Of a stretch of DNA of 64,000 nucleotides, positions 1 through 27,529 are shown one piece after another. Source of the DNA: the human T2T-CHM13v2.0 reference genome, Homo sapiens; NCBI RefSeq assembly GCF_009914755.1, contig NC_060925.1; one strand, written 5' to 3'. Numbering within the stretch: position 1 is the first letter of the stretch; each line of letters starts with the position of its first letter. Made by a program: the position numbers and the translations under genes. The notes beneath the pieces were generated by a model, which did no database searches, was not told the origin of the DNA, and saw only the letters and a list, made by a program, of their open reading frames with translations.

Positions 1-247
1 CCACTGCAGTCCAGCCTGGGCAACAGAATGAGACCCTGTCTCAAAAAAATAATAATAATAGGAAGTGATTTTAAGGTTTTGGTCTCAATACTTAAATATT
101 TAAATATTGTTGAAAACCAGTAAAGCCTGGATCATATTGCATCTCAAACTAAAAACTGGAGTTCTAGATTTAAACACACACACACAAGCTTTTTTATTTG
201 CAGCTGAGACTACAGGCATGTACCACTATGCCCAGCTGTTTTTTTGA

Positions 248-1138
<891 letters not shown>

Positions 1139-1255
1139 TAGTGGTGTTTATTTCTAGCTACATAATATGCTCAAAGGCAGTAAGTGGAACTGGGATTCCA
1201 AACCCTGATCTTCATCTTCTTAGCATTCCATGTTTCCCTGTGGAACTCTTCTTTA

Positions 1256-1630
<375 letters not shown>

Positions 1631-1768
1631 TTACTCAGGAGACTGAGGCAAGAGAATTGCTTGAACCCGGGAGTGGAGGTTGCAGTGAGCTGAAATCGTG
1701 CCACTGCTCTCCCCAACCTGGGCGACAGAGTGAGACTGTGTCTCGGAAAAAAAAAAAGAAAAAAAAAA

Positions 1769-1776
1769 GTATATAC

Positions 1777-1836
<60 letters not shown>

Positions 1837-1844
1837 GTATATAC
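1769..1844. repeat. Compound microsatellite (GT)n(AT)n(GA)n at an Alu tail
   Basis: (GT)~14, (AT)~6, (GA)~10, bracketed by gtatatac on both sides. Confidence 0.95.
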
Positions 1845-1957
1845 ATGAATCCAGTGGTTTTTGAGTTTTGTTTTCATTCTTGTTGAGAAACTGTTCAAAT
1901 GCTCTCTTAATTCAAAGTGTAAATACATAAGGCAGAAAAAGGCAGAGTTATGACTGA

Positions 1958-2436
<479 letters not shown>

Positions 2437-2621
2437 TAATCAGGCTGTGGTTGGCAGTTTGCCAAGACGATTCCTTGTAGATCTGATTTTGGCAGCAAAC
2501 AACATAGAAGTCGTACAGGAAATGCTAACAATTACATGTGGTGATTTTGAGAACAGCTACCAAATTCTTCACTTTTGTATCTCAAGCGAATGTTCAAATA
2601 TTTTTAAAAATTATTTTTAAG

Positions 2622-2800
2622 GTATTGACTTTGCCACTCGTAAAATAGCCAAGTTGCTGAAGCCACAGAAAGTGATTGAGCAGAATGGGGATTCTTTTAC
2701 CATCCACACGAACAGCAGCCTAAGGAACTACTTTGTGAAATTTAAAGTTGGAGAAGAATTTGATGAAGATAACAGAGGCCTGGACAACAGAAAATGCAAG
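2622..2800 (+). CDS. RBP7: Retinol-binding protein 7 (CRBP IV), coding exon 2
   Basis: tttaag|GTATTGAC...TGCAAG|gtaaaa; 179 nt; translates (G)IDFATRKIAKLLKPQKVIEQNGDSFTIHTNSSLRNYFVKFKVGEEFDEDNRGLDNRKCK, matching RBP7 (iLBP/FABP family). Exon 1 lies upstream of the window. Confidence 0.97.
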
Positions 2801-2816
2801 GTAAAATGTAAAGAAA

Positions 2817-3120
2817 TGCCAGGTGCGGTGGATTACGCTTGTAATCCTAACACTTTGGGAGGCCAACGCAGGCGGACCACCTGAGGTCAGTAGTTTGAGA
2901 CCAGCCTGGGCAACACGGCAAAACCCTGTCTCTACAGAAAAAAATTCAAAAAGTAGGGGGGCGTGCTGGCAGGAGCCTGTAATCCCAGCTACTTAGGAGG
3001 CTGAGGCAGGAGAATCACTTGAACCCGGGAGGTGGAGGTTGGTTGCAGTAAGCCAAGATCGTGCCACTGCACTCCAGCCTGGGTGACAGAGTGGGACTCC
3101 ATCTCAAAAAAAAAAAAAAA
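2817..3120 (+). mobile_element. Alu filling most of RBP7 intron 2
   Basis: gccaggtgcggtgg...tgtaatcc dimer with A tail ending at 3120. Confidence 0.95.
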
Positions 3121-3225
3121 GCAGTAAGTAGGCTGTTGATTTTGCAAGGGTAACTTGGCATTCTACTTCGTAACACTTGAGGATCCTGCCAGGACAAGCT
3201 AACATTTTCTCCTCTCTTCATGCAG

Positions 3226-3327
3226 AGTTTGGTTATCTGGGACAATGACAGGCTCACCTGTATCCAGAAGGGAGAAAAGAAGAACAGAGGCTGGACCCAT
3301 TGGATCGAAGGAGACAAACTCCACCTG
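3226..3327 (+). CDS. RBP7: RBP7 coding exon 3
   Basis: Branch-like gctaac at 3198-3203, pyrimidine tract, tgcag|AGTTTG...CACCTG|gtatcc; 102 nt, phase 0/0; [34 protein letters not shown]. Confidence 0.97.
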
Positions 3328-3449
3328 GTATCCACCACATTTTGTTCTTAATGAGATGATACAGTATTAAAGGAAACATCAGGCCAAGCGTGGTGGCTCA
3401 CACCTGTAATCCCAGCATTTTAGGAGGCCGAGGTGGGTGTATCACTTGA

Positions 3450-3793
<344 letters not shown>

Positions 3794-4142
3794 CCATCTC
3801 TACTGAAAATACAAAAATTAGCCGGGCATAGTGGCGCATGCCTATACTCACTCTCATCTTATATTAAATGAAACAGCCGAATATTCCGACAGAGGCAGGA
3901 AGATAACATGCAAATACTCATGGAACAATTCTTACCTATTATATGTAATAGCTACTTTATGTATACATAGATATGCATAGATAGATATAGTAGCTCACAT
4001 CTTTGGAGTGATTATTTTGGGCCCAATTACTGTGCTCAATCCTTTGAGTGCATTATCTCATCTAATCTTCACAACCCTGTGAAAAGGACGCCATTTTTCC
4101 CATTCACAAATAAATTGGGATTTTGAAATTCCCCAAGGCTGC

Positions 4143-6597
<2,455 letters not shown>

Positions 6598-7157
6598 CTG
6601 TAGGGTGAAGATTCAAATACAGGTCTGACAAGAATGTGTGCTCTCAGCTCTGTGCTTTTTTGCCTCACTGTATGTGTGAAATCTAGGTGAGACCCATGAG
6701 AACAAAACTAGAGCACTGTCCTTAAAGTTGGGTCTGGGTAGTCTTTGAATACCAAGGCCTTGAAGATATTTTGATTCTAGATGGACAAATCTCACACTCT
6801 TCTGACGATAAAAAAGTAAGAGGTCAGGCATGGGATTACGGGTTCACGCCTGTAATCCCAGCACTTTGGGAAGCTGAGGCAGGCGGATCACCTGAGGTCA
6901 GGAGTTCGAGACCAGCCTGGCCAACATGATGAAACCCCATCTCTACTATAAATACAAAAATTAGCTGGGCGGAGCCGGGCGCAGTGGCTCATGCCTGTAA
7001 TCCCAGCACTTTGGGAGGCCAAGGTGGGTGGATCACTTGAGGTCGGGAGTTTGAGACCAGCCTGACCAACATGGAGAAACTCCCGTCTCTACTAAAAAAT
7101 ATTTAAAAAAAAAATCAGCTGAGAGTGGTGGCGCATGCCTCTAATGCCAGCTACTCA

Positions 7158-7262
<105 letters not shown>

Positions 7263-7289
7263 TCAAAAAAAAAAAAAAAAAAAAAATTA

Positions 7290-7487
<198 letters not shown>

Positions 7488-8127
7488 TCAAAGAATATAT
7501 ACATATGTTTGAGGATTTAGATTAGTTGGTTTGTAAGAGGTAATGTTCAAATTATGCACAACAGCTGGGTGTGGTGGTACTTGCCTGTAGTTCCAGTTAC
7601 TGGATAGGCCAAAGCGGGAAGATTGCTTGAGCCCAGGAGTTTGAGTCAAGCCTGGGGAACGTAGGACTAGCCTGTCTTTAAAAAAAAAAAAAAAGAAAAG
7701 GAAGGCTGGGCATGGTGGCTCACACCTGTAATCCCAGCACTTTTGAGAGGCCGAGGCAGGTGGATCACCTGAGGTCAGGAGTTCGAGACCAGCCTGGCCA
7801 GCATGGCGAAACCCCGTCTCTATTAAAAATACAAAAATTAGCCTGGTGTGGTGGCAGGCACTTGTAATCCCAGCTACTCGGGAGGCTGAGGCAGGAGAAT
7901 CACTTGAACCTGGGAGGAGGAGGTTGCAGTGAGCCAAGAGCCAAGATCGCGCCACGGCACTCCAGCCTGGATGACAAGAGTGAAACTGTCTCAAAAAAAA
8001 AAAAAAAAAAAAGAGAAATACCAAATGTGTACATCCTTCTCTAGCATACCCTGGAAATCTGCCCATGCAGGGCACAGAAGTACTTTTGTTCTAAGGATAC
8101 TCATGGAATGCTTCTTACTTACCATGA

Positions 8128-8430
<303 letters not shown>

Positions 8431-8753
8431 TGATATATTAAAAAATATTTGGTTGCTGGGTGTGGTGGTTCACTTCCGTAATCCCAGCACTTTGGGAGGA
8501 CACGGCAAGAGGATCACTGGAGTCCAGGAGTTTAATACCAGCCTGGGCAGCATAGTGTGACTCTGTCTCTACAAAAAATTGGCTGGGGGCAGTGGCTCAT
8601 ACCTGTAATCCCAGAATTTTGGAAGGTCGGGGCAGGTGGATCATCTGACGTTAGGAGTTGGAAACTAGCCTGGCTAACATGGTGAAATGCTGTCTCTACT
8701 AAAAAATACAAAAATTAGCCGGGTGTGGTGGCGGGCACCTGTAGTCCCAGCTA

Positions 8754-8880
<127 letters not shown>

Positions 8881-9072
8881 TTAGCTGGGCATGGTGATGG
8901 GTGCCTGTAGTCCCAGCTACTTGGGTGGCTGAGGTGGGAGGATTACTTAGGCCCAGGAAGTTGAGGCTAAGGTGAGCCATGACTGCACCACTGCATTCCA
9001 GCCTGGGCGAAGGAGTAAGACCCTGTCTCCAAATAAAAAAGGAGTAAGGCCTTGTCTCCAAATAAAAAAAAA

Positions 9073-10787
9073 GATCTTTTGTGTGTTAACGACATGACTG
9101 TCTACTGAGGGTCCTTAGATAGCTTCAGGATGGGGGATGGTCACCAGAAAATCGAAGGCATGATTAGAGGGTTGGAACTTTCAGCCTCATCCCTGAGGGA
9201 AGAGGGGCTGGAGATTGAACTAATCACAAATAGCCATTGACTTAATCAGTCATGCCTATGTGCTGAAACATCCACTAAAAACTAAACCACGGGGTTTAGA
9301 GAGCTTCCATGTTGAACGGTGAACATTCATGTGTGTGGTGAATACATTGAGGTGCTGGGAGGGCTGTGTGCTCCCCCTTCCTACTTTGCCCTATGCGTCT
9401 CTTCCATCAGGCTGTTTCTTTTCTTTTCTTTTCTTTCTTTTTTCTTTTTTTTTTTTTGAGATGGAGTCTTGCTCTGTTGCCCAGGCTGGAGTGCAGTGGC
9501 GCAATCTTGGCTCACTGCAACCTCCGCCTCTTGGGTTCAAGCAATTCTCCTGTCTCAAGTGTCCTGAGTAGGTGGGATTACAGGCATGCACCACCACACC
9601 CGGCTAATTTTTGTATTTTTAGTACAGACAGGGTTTTGCCATGTTGGCCAGGCTGATCTAGAACTCCTGATCTCAGGCGATCTGCCCGCCTCGGCCACTC
9701 AAAGTGCTGGGATTACAGGCATGTGCGCCCGGCCCCATCAGGCTGTTTCTGAGTTGTTTATTTTATAATAAACTGGTAATAGTAAGTAAAGGGACTTTCT
9801 GAGTTTTGTGAGCCCTTCTAGCAAATTATCAAGCCCGAGGAGGGGTTGTGGGAAAACCTGATTTGTAGCTGGTCAGTCAGAAATATGGGAGGTCCCAAAT
9901 TTGCGACAGGTGTCTGAAGCTGGGGGGAGTCTCGTGAGACTGCATCCTTAACCTATGCAGTCTGTGCTAACTCTGGGTAGTTAGTGCCCAAATTAAATTG
10001 GCTTACTGGACACTTGGTTGGTGTCAGAGAGTTGGAGAAGTGGGACTGGAAAAGACATCACACAACTGGTGTCAGGCGTTTAAAAACCCACACCTTTGGT
10101 GTCAGAAGTGTTGAGAGTAGGCCAGGTGTGGTGGCTTATAACTATAATCCTAGCACTTTCGGAGGGCAAGGCAGGAAAATCATTTGAGGCTAGGAGTTCA
10201 AGACCAGCCTAGGGGTCAGGCGCAGTAGCTCATGCTTGTAATCCCAGCACTTTGGGAGGCTGAGGCGGGCAGATCATGAGGTCAGGAGTTCAAGAACAGC
10301 CTGGCCAACATGGTGAAACCCCGTCGCTACTAAAAATACAAAAATTAGCAGAGCATGGTGGCACACACCTGTAATCCTAGCTACTCAGGAGGCCGAGGCA
10401 GAAGAATTGCTTGAAGGCAATTCCGCTTAAAGGCAGAGGTTGCAGTGAGCCAAGATTGCACCACTGCACTCCAGCCTGGGCTACAGAGTGAGACTCCATC
10501 TCAAAAAAAAAAAAAAAAAGACCAGCCTAGGCAGTGGCAACCCTGTCCCTACAAAAAACACAAAAATTAGCCGGGCATGATGGCACGTGCCTGCAGTGTC
10601 CCAGCTACTTTGGGGGCTGAGGTGGGAGGATCGCTTGAGCCTGGGAGGCAGAGGTTACAGTGAGCCGAGATCTCACCACTGTACTTAGCCAGGACGACAG
10701 AGTGAGACCCCATCTCATAAAAGAAAAAAACATGTTCCAGAAAAGGGTTAAAACACAATAAAAAATAAGTGTTGAGAGTAAAAACAG
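9073..10787 (+). mobile_element. MER21C-like LTR in RBP7 intron 3, split by Alus
   Basis: MER21 blocks (gatagcttcaggatggggg...attagagggttggaactttcagcc; ggtgtcagaagtgttgagagta); Alu TSDs ccatcaggctgtttct and aagtgttgagagta. Confidence 0.75.
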
Positions 10788-10835
10788 ACCACATGCAAAC
10801 TGATCCTTCTTTTTCCCTTCCTCCTTACGCCCTAG

Positions 10836-10886
10836 GAAATGTTCTGTGAAGGTCAAGTGTGCAAACAGACATTCCAGAGAGCCTGA
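10836..10886 (+). CDS. RBP7: RBP7 last coding exon (exon 4) to TGA
   Basis: Pyrimidine tract, ccctag|GAAATGTTC; EMFCEGQVCKQTFQRA*, TGA at 10884-10886. Confidence 0.97.
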   Translation, partial: EMFCEGQVCKQTFQRA

Positions 10887-11055
10887 TCCACATCCAGCAG
10901 CAGAGCCCACTTGTGGCTGCAGCTTTATGCCAAATTATATTGCAGACTGAACAGACGTTTATCTATCCCATTTGGCGACGAGGACTCGTGGCTGGAGAGA
11001 GCCACACAGCGTGTAACCTGAAGTCATCTAGATTATGGGGAAACTGCTCAGCTTC

Positions 11056-11061
11056 AATAAA
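11056..11061 (+). terminator. RBP7: RBP7 polyadenylation signal
   Basis: AATAAA 170 nt after the stop, followed by a T-rich downstream element (gtttttcctttcc, ~11082-11094). Confidence 0.85.
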
Positions 11062-11408
11062 CCTGTCCAAATGACTCTGAAGTTTTTCCTTTCCGATTTA
11101 GGAAATCCCAGCATTTAAAAAAATATTTGAAAGTCTTCTAGGCACATGAGAGACACACCAGTGAACAAGCTGTCAGTCCTGCCTTCAAGGCTAGTGAGGA
11201 AGCTGGCCAAAACAAGCAACCTGAACAGCCACCAGAGCTCTGGGGGTGGGGGGCAGATGACTTTGAGGGATGGGCAGATGGTGATATTGACAGGGGTCTG
11301 GGATGGTGATTTTGTTTCTTTTCTTTTCTTTTCTTTTCTTTTTTTTTGAGACAGAGTCCTGCTCTGTCACCCAGGCTAGAGTGCAGTGGCTCCATCTCGG
11401 CTCACTGA

Positions 11409-11654
<246 letters not shown>

Positions 11655-11659
11655 TAAAC

Positions 11660-12960
<1,301 letters not shown>

Positions 12961-13027
12961 ACAGAGAGAGAGAGACCAGAAACTTGGCTGGTAAGAATTT
13001 CTTCCTCTGGCCAGGAGCGGTGGCTCA

Positions 13028-13285
<258 letters not shown>

Positions 13286-13321
13286 TCAAAAAAAAAAATA
13301 ATAAATAAGAAAAGGAAAAAA

Positions 13322-14946
<1,625 letters not shown>

Positions 14947-15050
14947 AACTTTACTACATGATACAAACTACAGTTTGGAAAGACATTTAGGAATGGTAGA
15001 ACAAAACAAGTGAGAAAATATAATATGTAAAAGGTCTTTTTGTCATTTCA

Positions 15051-15341
<291 letters not shown>

Positions 15342-15533
15342 TCAGGGGGCTGGCCACGCATGGTGACACATCCCTGTAGTCTGAGGAGCTCAAGGTTGCA
15401 ACAGTGAGCCATGATCGCACCATTCCACTTCATCCTGGGCAACAGAGCAAAACCCTATCTCTATGAAAAAAAAAAAAAAGCAAGAGGCTATCTTCTCTGA
15501 GGTTTACTATAGTTAACTTTTACAAGTATTTAA

Positions 15534-15605
15534 TCATAATTGCTTAGATTGAATTCGGTTCAGTATATATTCCTGGAAGTTCACTATTATTATTATTACT
15601 AGGTC
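15534..15605 (-). pseudogene. Pseudo-exon G (putative last coding exon, phase 0)
   Basis: ttgtttcatattctcag|GACCTA; DLVIIIIVNFQEYILNRIQSKQL*. Confidence 0.65.
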
Positions 15606-15895
15606 CTGAGAATATGAAACAACCATAAAAATGAGTGATGAATTCAATATATATTATTCTGACACTGAGAAGTATTGTAACAAAAAACAAGTTTCTAGGT
15701 CATACCAAAAGCCGGGCAAAGTGGCAGATTCCTGTAATCCCAGCTACTCAGGAGGCTGAGGGGGGAGGATTGCTTGAACCCGGGAGGCAGAGGTTGCAGT
15801 GAGCAGAGATAGCGCCATGCCATTGCACTCCAGCCTGGGCAACAAGAGTGAAACTCCATCTCAAAAAAAAAAAAATCCTTTCATGAAATTACTAC

Positions 15896-15995
15896 CAGAT
15901 GTTGGCCCTTCAGCACAACCAGCTTGGAAGCTTCATCCTTAGCAAAGAAAGATCTTCAAAGCAGGCACTTCCATGATCCACATACTTTGGATGCC
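15896..15995 (-). pseudogene. Pseudo-exon F (100 nt, phase 2/0, one TGA)
   Basis: ~50-nt pyrimidine tract, tttaag|GGCATCC...CATCTG|gtagta; [32 protein letters not shown]. Confidence 0.7.
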
Positions 15996-16051
15996 CTTAA
16001 AGGGGGGGAAAAAGGGAGAGGAAGGGAGGAGAGGAAGAGGAGGAGAAATAG

Positions 16052-16378
<327 letters not shown>

Positions 16379-16619
16379 TAATTTTTTGGAATATGACTCT
16401 TGGAGTTTTTCTTTTTCTTTTTTTACTTTTGGACTCTGTTGGACTTGAGTTGTTTTTCTTTAATGGCTTTATTGAGGTATATTTTATGTACCATAAAATG
16501 CACCTAAGTGTACAATTTGATAATTTCTAGTAAATGTACATAGGTGTACAACCATTCCTACAATCCAGTTTCAGAACAAGTCAATCACTCCAAAAAGTTC
16601 CCTAGAGACCATGTGCTGA

Positions 16620-16894
<275 letters not shown>

Positions 16895-16964
16895 TGATCT
16901 GCCCACCTTGGCCTGCTGGAGGTATGTGACAAACTGATGGCAAATGGATTATGCCCCCAATGGA

Positions 16965-17230
16965 CAGTGTTCTCAAACCGTGATCTGAGGACCCGGGGAT
17001 CCCGAGACCTTTTAAGGGTATCTGTGAGATCAAAGCTATTTTCATAATAATCCTGAGATGATATTTGCTCTTCATTCTCTCTCTCTCATGAGCATATGGG
17101 AGTTTTCCAGAGACTTCCTGCCAGGCCACATCACAACTGACCTGACCCAGAAGTACATCTGAGAATTCAGCTGTCTTCTATTAAGCCAGACATTAAAGAG
17201 ATTTGCAAAAATGTCAAACAAGGCCACTCT
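16965..17230. mobile_element. hAT-Charlie DNA transposon fragment (Charlie4a-like)
   Basis: cagtgttctcaaac end; cagctgtcttctattaagccagacattaaagagatttgcaaaaatgt block. Confidence 0.7.
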
Positions 17231-17409
17231 GCATGTAATAGGCTTATCTTAAAAATGAATTAATATGTCTCTTGGTTGCCGTTTCTAATACAATCCATCT
17301 GCCTCGGCCTCCCAAAGTCCTGAGATTATAGGTATGAGCCGCTGCACCCGGCCTAGCCTTTTCATATGGAGTCTCAGACAGTGAAATTCAGTCAATATAT
17401 TTATAATGA

Positions 17410-17634
<225 letters not shown>

Positions 17635-17717
17635 TGACCTCATGATCCACCTGCCTCAGCCTCCCAAAGTGCTGGAATTACAGGCGTGAGCCACTGTGCC
17701 TGGCCTATAATGAATAC

Positions 17718-18191
<474 letters not shown>

Positions 18192-18612
18192 TAGTGGCAT
18201 GATCTCGGCTCACTGCAACCTCTGCCTCCCGGGTTCAAGCGATTCTCTTGCCTTGGCCTCCTGAGTAGCTGGGACTACGGGCACATGCCATCATGCCCGG
18301 CTAATTTTTGCATTTTTAGTAGGGACGGGGTTTCACCATGTCGGCCAGGATGGTCTTGATCTCCTGACCTCGTGATCTGTCTGCCTCAGCCTCCCAAAGT
18401 GCTGGGATTACAGGCGTGAGCCACCTCACCCAGCCAAGTTAGTATGTGTTTAAAGATCACACTTGTAATCCTAGCACTTTGGGAGGCTGATGTAGGAGGA
18501 TCACTTGAAGCCAGGGGTTTGAGACCAGCCTGGGCAACATAAAGATTACAGGCGTGAGCCACTGAGCCTGGACCCTTCCCTCTCTTAATCTGTTCAGGCT
18601 GCTATAACATAA

Positions 18613-19269
<657 letters not shown>

Positions 19270-19770
19270 TGACCAAGTTAGTATGTGTTTAAAGATCACA
19301 CTTGTAATCCCAGCACTTTGGGAGGCTGATGTAGGAGGATCGCTTGAGGCCAGGTGTTTGAGACCAGCCTGGGCAACATAGGGAGACCCTGTCTCTACAA
19401 AAAATACAAAAATTAGTTGGGTGTGATGGTTCATGCCTGTAGTCTCAGCTACTCAGGAAGCTGAGGTGGGAGGATTACTTGGGCCCAGGAGGTCGGGGCT
19501 GCAGTGAGCCAGTGACCATGCCAGTATACTCCAGCCCTGATTACAGAACAAACCCCTATCTCAAACAAACAAACAAGTACATAAATGAAAGAAAGTTTGT
19601 GTTCCTACCACAGGTGTGTCCAGTGAGAAGAGTGTGATGTTGCAGATGAGAGGGGATAAATGCTGGACCAAAGTCCTTGAGAAGGTGAGAGAGAAAGGAG
19701 AGAAAGGAATCCAGAGTCCAGATGAAGGAGTTGATCTCTGATGGCAGCCGAGATAACAGCACATCCTTAC

Positions 19771-19909
19771 GGTTGTAGGTGGCTTTGTAGATCTAAGAAG
19801 ATCAGGAAGATTGCTGGCTCTAGTTTTGTAGATTATCAGGAAGATTATCAGAAAAACATATCTTAACCTGGTGAGCTCTCTATGCTCTGGCACTTGAATA
19901 AAAGCTATC
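19771..19909 (-). pseudogene. Pseudo-exon D (139 nt, phase 2/0, fully open)
   Basis: attttag|GATAGC...ACAACC|gtaagg; IAFIQVPEHRELTRLRYVFLIIFLIIYKTRASNLPDLLRSTKPPTT; in-frame 12-bp tandem duplication at 19830-19853. Confidence 0.7.
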
Positions 19910-19964
19910 CTAAAATATTACAAATTCTAGAATTTACCTTCACAAAAACTTTTTCATTAACTAG

Positions 19965-20090
<126 letters not shown>

Positions 20091-20239
20091 TAACTGGGAT
20101 TACAGGCGTGTGCCACCACACCCAGCTAATTTTTGTATTTTTAGTGGAGACGGGGTTTCACCATACTGGCCAGGCTGGTCTGGAACTCCTGACCTCAGGT
20201 GATCTGCCCGGTGAGGCATAACTTTTATTTCAGTCTCAC

Positions 20240-20277
20240 ATTTCAGTTTGTTCTGTGGTCTCCTCCTTTATTTGTTG
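20240..20277 (-). pseudogene. Pseudo-exon C (38 nt, phase 0/2)
   Basis: ttttttacctag|CAACAA...GAAAT|gtgaga; QQIKEETTEQTE(M). Confidence 0.55.
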
Positions 20278-20745
20278 CTAGGTAAAAAACATTTTTTTTT
20301 TTTTTTTTTTGCTGGTTTCCAGGTAATTCTAAGAACTAACTAAGGTCCTGTTGCTTGGTAGTTACTAAGGGAGGCAGACAGAGTATTTTGCACCATCCAA
20401 AGGAGGTAATGTAATGCTTAAATGGAAGAAACTGAACCAAACAACGAAAATATGGGCTATGTATTACAAACAACTCTGACACACTGTTATTTATGATATT
20501 ATAGGAAAGCTTCTCCCAAGGAAAGTGGTGGAAACTCCATCACTTAGACAAGTTAGAACACAACTGTAAAGGTACTAAAAAGTGTATTAGAGAGATTCAT
20601 CCTGTAAAAGACCCTGGGGGCTGAGTGTGGTGGCTCATGCCTGTAACCCTAACACTTTGGGAGGGTGAAGCAGAAGGATCACTTGAGTCCAGGAGTTTGA
20701 GACCAGCCTGAGCAACATAGTGAGACCCTATCTCTACAAAAATTA

Positions 20746-21529
<784 letters not shown>

Positions 21530-22033
21530 TAGCCAGGATGGTCTCAATCTCCTGACCTCGTGATCCACCCACCTCTGCCTCCCAAAATGCTGGGATTACA
21601 GGCGTGAGCCACCGCGCCCGGCCAGAAACGGGGTCTCACCATGTTAGCCAGGCTGCTCTTGAACTCCTGACCTCAGGTGATCTGCCCGCCTGGGCCTCTC
21701 AAAGTGCTGGGATTACAGGCGTGAGCCACCACGCCCAGCTAATTTTTGTATTTTTAGTTCAGGGTTTCACCATGTTGGCCAGGCTGGTCTTGAGCTCCTG
21801 ACCTCGTGATCCGCCCGCCTTGGCCTCCCAAAGTGTTGGGATTACAGGCATGAGCCACCATGCTTGGCCTAATTTTTATATTTTTAGCAGAGATGGGGTT
21901 TCGCCATGTTGTCCAGGCTGGTCTTGAACTCCTGACCTCAAGTGATCTGCCCACCTCGGCCTCCCAAAGTGCTGGGATTACACGTGTGAACCACCATGCC
22001 TGGTCTCTAATTTTTCTGATTCTATAAAATTAC

Positions 22034-22092
22034 ATTCTATTTGCTGAAAGAGTACTTTAGAGTTGAAGAAAAAGAAAAGGAGTGGAATTCCC
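22034..22092 (-). pseudogene. Pseudo-exon B (59 nt, one frameshift needed)
   Basis: ttttcctgtttacag|GGGAATTCC...AGAAT|gtaatt; GIPLLFFFFNSKVLFQQIE. Confidence 0.55.
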
Positions 22093-22280
22093 CTGTAAAC
22101 AGGAAAAACATCCATGTATTTATTGGCCTTAAAATAGTGAAACATCTTGAAAAAAAATCAATCCTATGTCAGAAAATCCATCTATCAGAATAAAAGGTTG
22201 AATCATTGATAAGCTAGACAGAACATGGAATTTATGGTGAACAAAATTCTGTGGTATAATAATTTTTACAATATCACTAC

Positions 22281-22401
22281 TCAGCAAATAAATGTACAAC
22301 AGTATTTTATCTTGCATTTTCTTGAATACTCAATATATACTAGATATTGTATCTTTCACTTTCTCTAACCACAAAATGGGAAGGATACTTTCTTATAATA
22401 T
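22281..22401 (-). pseudogene. Pseudo-exon A (121 nt, phase 1/2)
   Basis: attcag|ATATT...GCTGA|gtagtg; IIRKYPSHFVVRESERYNI*YILSIQENAR*NTVVHLFA(E). Confidence 0.5.
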
Positions 22402-22439
22402 CTGAATATTAAACTATTAAATATGACTTGTAAAAGCAA

Positions 22440-26598
<4,159 letters not shown>

Positions 26599-26696
26599 GT
26601 AAACTTTTAACATCAATGTCACCAGGGGTTCAAGTTCTGGCTTACACAGAATTCCTTTCCTGGAGAGCAGATAATATGCAAAGCCAGCAGTGATTT

Positions 26697-26748
26697 ATTT
26701 TTACTCACAAATTCCTTACATATTTTTACTCACAAATTCCTTACATAT
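26697..26748. repeat. Perfect 25-bp tandem duplication
   Basis: atttttactcacaaattccttacat x2. Confidence 0.95.
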
Positions 26749-26831
26749 CTAGTAGTCAGGTTCCTATTTTAAGCATGTAGCAAATACATTGTAACTCTTA
26801 ATTCTGGAATGCAGTCTTTATGGCTTAGTGA

Positions 26832-27241
<410 letters not shown>

Positions 27242-27529
27242 AAATATTTGTATTCTTGTGCACCGGAGGATGGTTTTCCCCCACTGACTCCAAACGTCTT
27301 CCTTGCATTTGCTGTGTACAATTCAGTGATTTGGGTCTCTCATCCATTTATACTTTCAAATTTTACCAATACTTTTTGAACACACTTAAAAAAAAAAAAA
27401 CCCAGGAAGTATCTCTAAAAGGCCAAGGTAAAATAAAATGAATGGGAGTTCTTGTGTTCGAGTTTTCTTCCAACTGGGCTTTCCTGGAGGAGGTGGAAGA
27501 GTGTGTGGCAGATGTTTCAGAAAATGAGC

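Noticed and set aside
2654-2884. 76-aa ORF as a standalone gene
   Set aside because: It is RBP7 exon 2 reading through the donor into an Alu.
9012-9069. 29-bp tandem duplication
   Set aside because: Slippage at an Alu 3' end; no sign of function.
22129-22317. 62-aa hydrophobic minus-strand ORF
   Set aside because: Mostly overlaps the putative A-B intron in a different frame from exon A; no independent support.
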